This document shows, in pieces, positions 62,983-64,000 of a stretch of 64,000 bases of DNA; position 1 is the stretch's first letter; each line of letters begins with the position of its first letter. The notes beneath the pieces were generated by a model. That model had not been told where the DNA came from. It ran no database searches and was given only the letters and a program-made list of their open reading frames with translations. This DNA comes from Vicugna vicugna (Eukaryota), in the NCBI GenBank assembly GCA_013265495.1, contig MU058636.1:8922239-8986238 (forward strand), written 5' to 3'. Position numbers and translations under genes: made by a program.

Positions 62983-63278
62983 TTGTACTTTTAAATTAGT
63001 TTTCCATATCACTCATTAGTTTATTTGACAAATTTTTATCAAAAATCTCCTCTGCCCTACTTTTTGAGCACAGAGGATAGAGCAATAAAATAAAACAGAA
63101 AAAGTATTCTCACAGTGTTTGCAGTGTATATGGAGAGAAAAAAAATAAAGCATATAAAATGGAAGGTAGGGTAAGTGCTTTGGAGAAAAACAAACAAACA
63201 ACACAGTCAGGAAGATTCCTCTGATATAGGAGCAAAAATTTGAAGGAAATGAGGGAAAGTGCCGTAAGGATATCTGAG

Positions 63279-63662
63279 TATGATGGTTTTTTTGATACGT
63301 CCGCATGGCAAGGCTACGGTTCCCAGTTATTCAGTCAAACACCAATGTAAGTGATGCTGTGAAGTCATTTTGCACATGTAATGAAAGTCCATAGTCAACT
63401 GACTTTAATAAGGGAGATTGTCCTATGATTTGGGTGGGCCTGACTTACACAGCTGGAAGGCCTTAAGAGCAGCGAGAACAAGATGAAATTCTGCCTGCGA
63501 ACAACAGCTCAGCCCATGCCTGTGAAACCCCACCCTTCCTTTCCTGCCCGCCTGCCCGATGGCGCTCAGACCTGCTCAGCCAGCCCCCACAGCTGCCAAT
63601 TCCTTATAATAAAATCTTTCTCCCCTACTTGTGCTGCCTCTCGTTGAACCCTGGCGAACACA
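63279..63662 (+). mobile_element. MLT2-family (ERVL) solo LTR
   Basis: TATGATGGTT start; cccagttattcagtcaaacacca; gggtgggcctgac..ctggaaggccttaagagca; gccaattccttataataaaatct. Confidence 0.8.
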
Positions 63663-63890
63663 CTGGAGAATGTTCCAGGAAGAAGAAACAGCAGACTTTG
63701 AAGTAAGATGTTTGGCAGGTCCAGGAGACATCGAGGAGGCCAATGTGGCTTCAGTGGAGGGAGCAGGAGGGAAAGGCCAGGGAAATAATTTAGCTCCAGA
63801 CATACGATGTTTAGATGTTTATTAAATACCTGAGTAGACATGTTAAGTAGGAATTCTGATATATCAGTCTGGGATAAATAAAGATCTAGT
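63663..63890 (-). mobile_element. L2 fragment
   Basis: gaggaggccaatgtggcttcagtggagggagcagg; gagtagacatgttaagtaggaattctgatatatcagtctgg. Confidence 0.6.
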
Positions 63891-64000
63891 TCTAGGTACA
63901 GATGTTTCTTTTTTAAGAAAACTTCCTTTATTCTATCAGTAGTTGGAAAACTTAACTCACACAGAGAAAACGTTTAGTCAGCTGGAGAGACGAGAGACCA

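Noticed and set aside
5439..63662. Strand bias of LTRs and L1s as evidence for a host gene's orientation
   Set aside because: Counts by eye (about 7 minus versus 4 plus LTRs; young L1s on both strands) are too balanced to infer direction.
1..64000. Known muscle micropeptide genes (PLN, SLN, MRLN, DWORF) suggested by the MEF2 cluster
   Set aside because: I looked by eye for their recalled N-terminal coding sequences and found no match; the search was not exhaustive.

Overview
AT-rich placental-mammal genomic DNA, intergenic or deep intronic. I found no supportable protein-coding exon, RNA gene or CRISPR array. The ORF track is explained by chance ORFs, simple repeats and decayed transposons. 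A large share of the window is interspersed repeat: a young L1 5' end at 1-761 (minus strand, running off the left edge), seven short 5'-truncated young L1 3' ends (several with target-site duplications, TSDs), old L1M/L2/L3/MIR relics, MaLR/ERVL/ERV1 solo LTRs, and hAT/Tigger DNA-transposon relics. The style of the young L1 ends, and the absence of recognisable Alu, B1/B2, BovB/Bov-tA, PRE-1 or Can-SINE copies, point to a camelid; this is inference from memory, not a search. Repeat family names are likewise recalled from consensus sequences and are approximate at subfamily level. The most interesting non-repeat signals are a CpG-retaining cluster of MEF2/GATA/NKX2/TEAD/TATA-like motifs at ~48.2-48.8 kb, a candidate 18-nt microexon at 29155-29172 with an upstream QKI-type element, several RFX X-boxes including a perfect palindrome, a strong CTCF motif, and a recent 117-bp tandem duplication. 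I cannot support a genuinely new biological system from this sequence alone.
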